Shown here piece after piece: positions 59,431 through 64,000 of a DNA stretch of 64,000 nucleotides. How positions within the stretch are numbered: position 1 is the first letter of the stretch; each line of letters opens with the position of its first letter. The DNA is taken from contig JASTWF010000036.1 in assembly GCA_030390025.1 (NCBI GenBank), forward strand, positions 1,488,001 to 1,552,000, in the 5' to 3' direction. Made by a program: the position numbers and the translations under genes. The notes under the pieces are model-generated. The model made no database searches and was not told the DNA's origin. It worked only from the letters and a program-made list of their open reading frames with translations. This stretch comes from Squalus acanthias. Taxonomy: Eukaryota.

Positions 59431-60414
59431 GGTCTGTAATCTTGGGACTCCCCTGATGGTTGGAGGTGGTTGATTCCAGTCCTGTATAGTCCTCTGTTCC
59501 TAAGGAAATTAGGACGTGAGGGGCGTGGAGAGGAGGCATTTATATGTGTCTGGTGATCCATCGTGGGTAACCATGATCTCCTGGAGCTTGATCACCTTAG
59601 GGAGTTGAGAAAGAATTTCCCAGCTTTTTTCTTGAATTGGCCACGAATTTCCTGTCTCTCTTTTTTCCCCCCTCCCCAGGAGTTAGCGTTACTAGTGGTT
59701 GGGGAGAGTGAGGCACGAGGTTACACCGATTGATGTATTGTCGGGCCTGAGGCTGGTTGAGCTTGCCTTTTTATATTTTTCTTCGGTTTCATATCTGCAG
59801 ATCTGCTGTCGGCTGTTTTTATAGTTTTTACTGTATGAAATGGCAGATTTGCACCAGAGTTGCATTCATTTTAATTTCATTTAATGTGCCACTTATGTTT
59901 TATTGTGAAGACTTACTAGAATGCGCTTTAATTTTCAAAACGAAAGTGCGTTTTGTCAGTAGCAGGATTGCATTTGCACATATTGCTTGGTGCGTTAATA
60001 TCCTTTAAGAAATATTTAAGTGTGCTCAGCATTTCATGTGTCACCTTTTAAACACTAAGCTCCTGTAAGGTAATATATTAAAACCTGTATTATAAATTGA
60101 ATGCACTTAGTGATTGCAAGTTCCACTGCCAGTGTATAGAAACTAGCAGTCCACTGATTTATACAGCCCTGTATGAGGGAAGCATAATTAAACTATGAAT
60201 CCATTAAATATTGTTGTGTTGTAGCTGCTTTTTAATGCTCTCGCGCAGATATCAGGAGAAAGGTTTTTACTTAAAGACTGATAGATGTCCGCAATAAGCC
60301 ACAAAGCCAAGTAATAGAGGCCAAAACATTGAGGTTATTCAGAATAAAACTGGGCAAGGCTACGCTGGGAAAGTTTATGTAGCAGTGGTTTTCCAACTTT
60401 TATGGGGAACCCCT

Positions 60415-61748
60415 TGTAAGTACGAACACACACTCCCAGTGACCCTCTGTAAATAGTCACACACTCCCAGTGACCCTCTGTAAATAGACACACACTCCCA
60501 GTGACCCTCTGTAAATAGACACACACTCCCAGTGACCCTCTGTAAATAGTCACACACTCCCAGTGACCCTCTGTAAATAGTCACACACTCCCAGTGACCC
60601 TCTGTAAATAGACACACACTCCCAGTGACTCTCTGTAAATAGTCACACACTCCCAGTGACCCTCTGTAAATAGACACACACTCCCAGTGACTCTCTGTAA
60701 ATAGTCACACACTCCCAGTGACCCTCTGTAATTAGTCACACACTCCCAGTGACCCTCTGTAAATAGTCACACACTCCCAGTGACCCTCTGTAAATAGTCA
60801 CACACTCCCAGTGACCCTCTGTAAATAGTCACACACTCCCAGTGACCCCCTGTAAATAGTCACACACTCCCAGTGACCCTCTGTAAATAGTCACACACTC
60901 CCAGTGACCCTCTGTAAATAGTCACACACTCCCAGTGACCCTCTGTAAGTACGAACACACACTCCCAGTGACCCTCTGTAAATAGTCACACACTCCCAGT
61001 GACCCTCTGTAAATAGTCACACACTCCCAGTGACCCTCTGTAAATAGTCACACACTCCCAGTGACTCTCTGTAAATAGTCACACACTCCCAGTGACCCTC
61101 TGTAAATAGACACACACTCCCAGTGACCCTCTGTAAATAGACAGACACTCCCAGTGACCCTCTGTAAATAGTCACACACTCCCAGTGACCCTCTGTAAAT
61201 AGTCACACACTCCCAGTGACCCTCTGTAAATAGTCACACACTCCCAGTGACCCTCTGTAAATAGTCACACACTCCCAGTGACTCTCTGTAAATAGTCACA
61301 CACTCCCAGTGACCCTCTGTAAATAGTCACACACTCCCAGTGACCCTCTGCAAATAGTCACACACTCCCAGTGACCCTCTGTAAATAGACACACACTCCC
61401 AGTGACCCTCTGTAAATAGTCACACACTCCCAGTGACCCTCTGCAAATAGTCACACACTCCCAGTGAGCCTCTGTAAATAGTCACACACTCCCAGTGACC
61501 CTCTGTAAATAGTCACACACTCCCAGTGACCCTCTGTAAATAGACACACACTCCCAGTGACCCTCTGTAAATAGTCACACACTCCCAGTGACCCTCTGTA
61601 AATAGTCACACACTCCCAGTGACCCTCTGTAAATAGTCACACACTCCCAGTGACCCTCTGTAAATAGACACACACTCCCAGTGACCCTCTGTAAATAGTC
61701 ACACACTCCCAGTGACCCCCTGTACATGTTGACACACTCCCAGTGACC
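60415..61748. repeat. 31-bp minisatellite, ~43 copies
   Basis: Unit TAG(T/A)CACACACTCCCAGTGACCCTCTGTAAA, highly homogeneous, no spacers. Confidence 0.98.
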
Positions 61749-64000
61749 TTCTGTGCTAACTTTAGAAAGATGGTGTTAGACACCCAAAGGAATGCATTTC
61801 TCTTGTTGCAGAAGATATTTTTTATATTGGCACACAGCAACTGAAATAATGTCCCGAGTAAATAAACAGATACAGAATATTGCAGAATACTGATTACTGT
61901 TGTACAGAAATATGGGGACCTCAGGGACCACCTGGGCCTCCCTTGTAGACTGCCTTAGATCTGGAGACCTGGCTTTTTTTAATGTTCCAACCAACTTGAG
62001 CTGAGCTAATTATTTACTGCAGTCACGCAGCATTCCGCAAGTCAAAGGTGGCAAATAGTCAAAATGAATGCATGACAGGTCCAGCGTTAATGCCAAATTG
62101 GGAACATAATTTTCTGCATTTACCAAAGAGCATATGCTCTATGCATCACTGCAGGCGGCTGCCTGGGATACTCTGTAGCTACAGGTACAGAAGCAGCGGT
62201 AATATAAGTAGCTGTCTACAGATAAGTGAAGAATATGGTCTTTACTAATGGAGATAATTGTAGTTATTGGATGCACCACAGCTCAAACATGGTGCATTAG
62301 CATTGCACTTTCTGAGAAGGGTCACTGCATGCTCGTTCATTTGAAAATATGTTTTATATCCACATTTCTCAGTATCTCCGACTTGTGGAAGAGAAACTGT
62401 ATCAGTCAATTCTTCTGTCCTGTTTCCTCTCAATGTTTTCTCTCCTGCATCTCCACTATCCAGTCTTGCCAGAAAGGTGGGATGTTGAAGCACCTCAGCA
62501 TTGCTCCTATTGCTTCTTGCTTGATGCCCTCCCACCCCCACAACCTGAGATTCACCAGAATGATACCAGGGCTTATAGAGTTAAATTAAACATTGCCTAA
62601 CTTGGCTTTATTATTGCTTTAAAGTCCACTCTCTTTCTTTCCCTCTCTTTATTCCTCTTTGTCTCAAATTTGACTCTAATTCACCCGATTTCTTTCTCCA
62701 TCTTCCGCTCTGTTTCTTTCTCTATCTTTTTCTTTCATTGCTTAAGGAGACAGACAATTGGACACGACGTTCAGGAGGTCCCAGTTGCGACATTGAGCTC
62801 ACTGCGCTGTTAGCGGATCAACGTTCCAGCAAATTGCGCCACAAATATAGCGCGATGTCAATGGTGAGCATAAAAAGTCCAATTAACGTCGGTCGCTGCC
62901 AAAACCTGCCAATGCAGCAATTTCCGACCCACTATAATATGGATTTCACTCCGCAAGCTATTGTGTGCTCAGATACTGCAGGCAATGTAGGGGAAGGGCT
63001 GTTGTGGAGATGGGGGCATCCATCACACCACACATATGGCCATGAGTCAATAAACTGAGCACATTTGTCATTAGGAAATTTCTCCGGATAAATAACTTAT
63101 TATTACACTTCAAGGAGAGCAGTCCTGTGACTGTTTTTATGGAGACTGTTCACCTCTGATACCAGGCTCAGCGAGTTTCGAAATTAGCTCAGAGTTTAAA
63201 ACAGAGCGCAATGTTGTTATTTATGAATGCTCTCGGGCCTGCATAACCAGATAACATGTTGAATTATGGTGTGTGTGAAGAAAGGAAAGTGTCTCCATAC
63301 TCTTATTGATATCGATTGGATTCTGGTGAGGACCTCCAGCTATTGGCACATCACCTCAATGGTGAAGGTTAACAAAGCCGTAGGTATTGCTTCTTCAAAA
63401 AATGTAGCATATTTTGCACTCTTCGTGTGAGAGTGCCAGTATTAGCATTGAATACTCCCAGTTCACCATTTATTAGCAGTAGGGTAAAGCAACACAACAC
63501 GAGCCTCTTCACTCCAGTCTGAGAGGAGCGTTGCTGGGGTAGTGTTGTTGTCGCTTTAGCCTACCCTTAATAAATGTTGAACTTCGGAGAGCTCAATGTT
63601 AATTCTACTCCACCAGTGAGAGATTTCCATACACTGCGGATATCGTACTTGTCATCTCTCTGTCTGAGACCTACAATTTAATGCTGAATTTTGAGCAAAT
63701 TTGTTCTATTGATTCATGGCAGGAATTAGAGGTTGCCCGACTGAACAAAGGCTGATATTGATACAAAGCCTCCTATCCAAAAGCGCCAGACTTCAACTAT
63801 AAAGCGAACCGTTGCTCTTTCCCAGTGGTATCAGGCCTACACCAAGATTAAATCTATCCCTCAAAAGAAATGTACTGTAGCCGACAATCCCCTGCCAGGA
63901 AGCCCTGATCAGGATGACTGAAATACATCTTTTTCTAAATACTCTCCAGGGTTGAAAGTGAGAGTCTTTCTTTTGAACATGTTGCCCTGTTGCGTTGAAG

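Noticed and set aside
60415..61748. CRISPR array (31-bp repeat with an internal hairpin)
   Set aside because: Units are head-to-tail with no unique spacers, there are no cas genes, and the context is vertebrate.

Overview
Eukaryotic, non-coding, repeat-dense DNA, most likely from a cartilaginous fish (shark). This is inferred from HER1-like CR1 LINE tails, SacSINE1-like DeuSINEs and shark-type Penelope termini. I found no convincing host exon, tRNA, rRNA or CRISPR array. Every ORF with recognisable homology is a LINE ORF2 fragment (CR1, a second CR1/L2-group family, L2, RTE), and the very long ORFs (2936, 1464, 498 and 328 aa) are artefacts of tandem repeats. The window contains many 5'-truncated LINEs, at least four tRNA-headed SINE families (one LF-SINE-like), Penelope-like termini (one with an intact minimal hammerhead core, one forming a 143-bp near-perfect hairpin), Harbinger- and hAT-like MITEs, and four tandem arrays including an 8.6-kb pyrimidine-rich satellite. 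Several insertions are nested, with readable target-site duplications (TSDs). AT-rich, motif-dense unique stretches between the repeats look like enhancers or conserved non-coding elements in a large intron or gene desert. I see no evidence of a new multi-gene system; the notable signals are retroelement integration footprints, RNA structures and possible regulatory exaptation. Family names come from recalled consensus sequences and need a Dfam/Repbase search to confirm.
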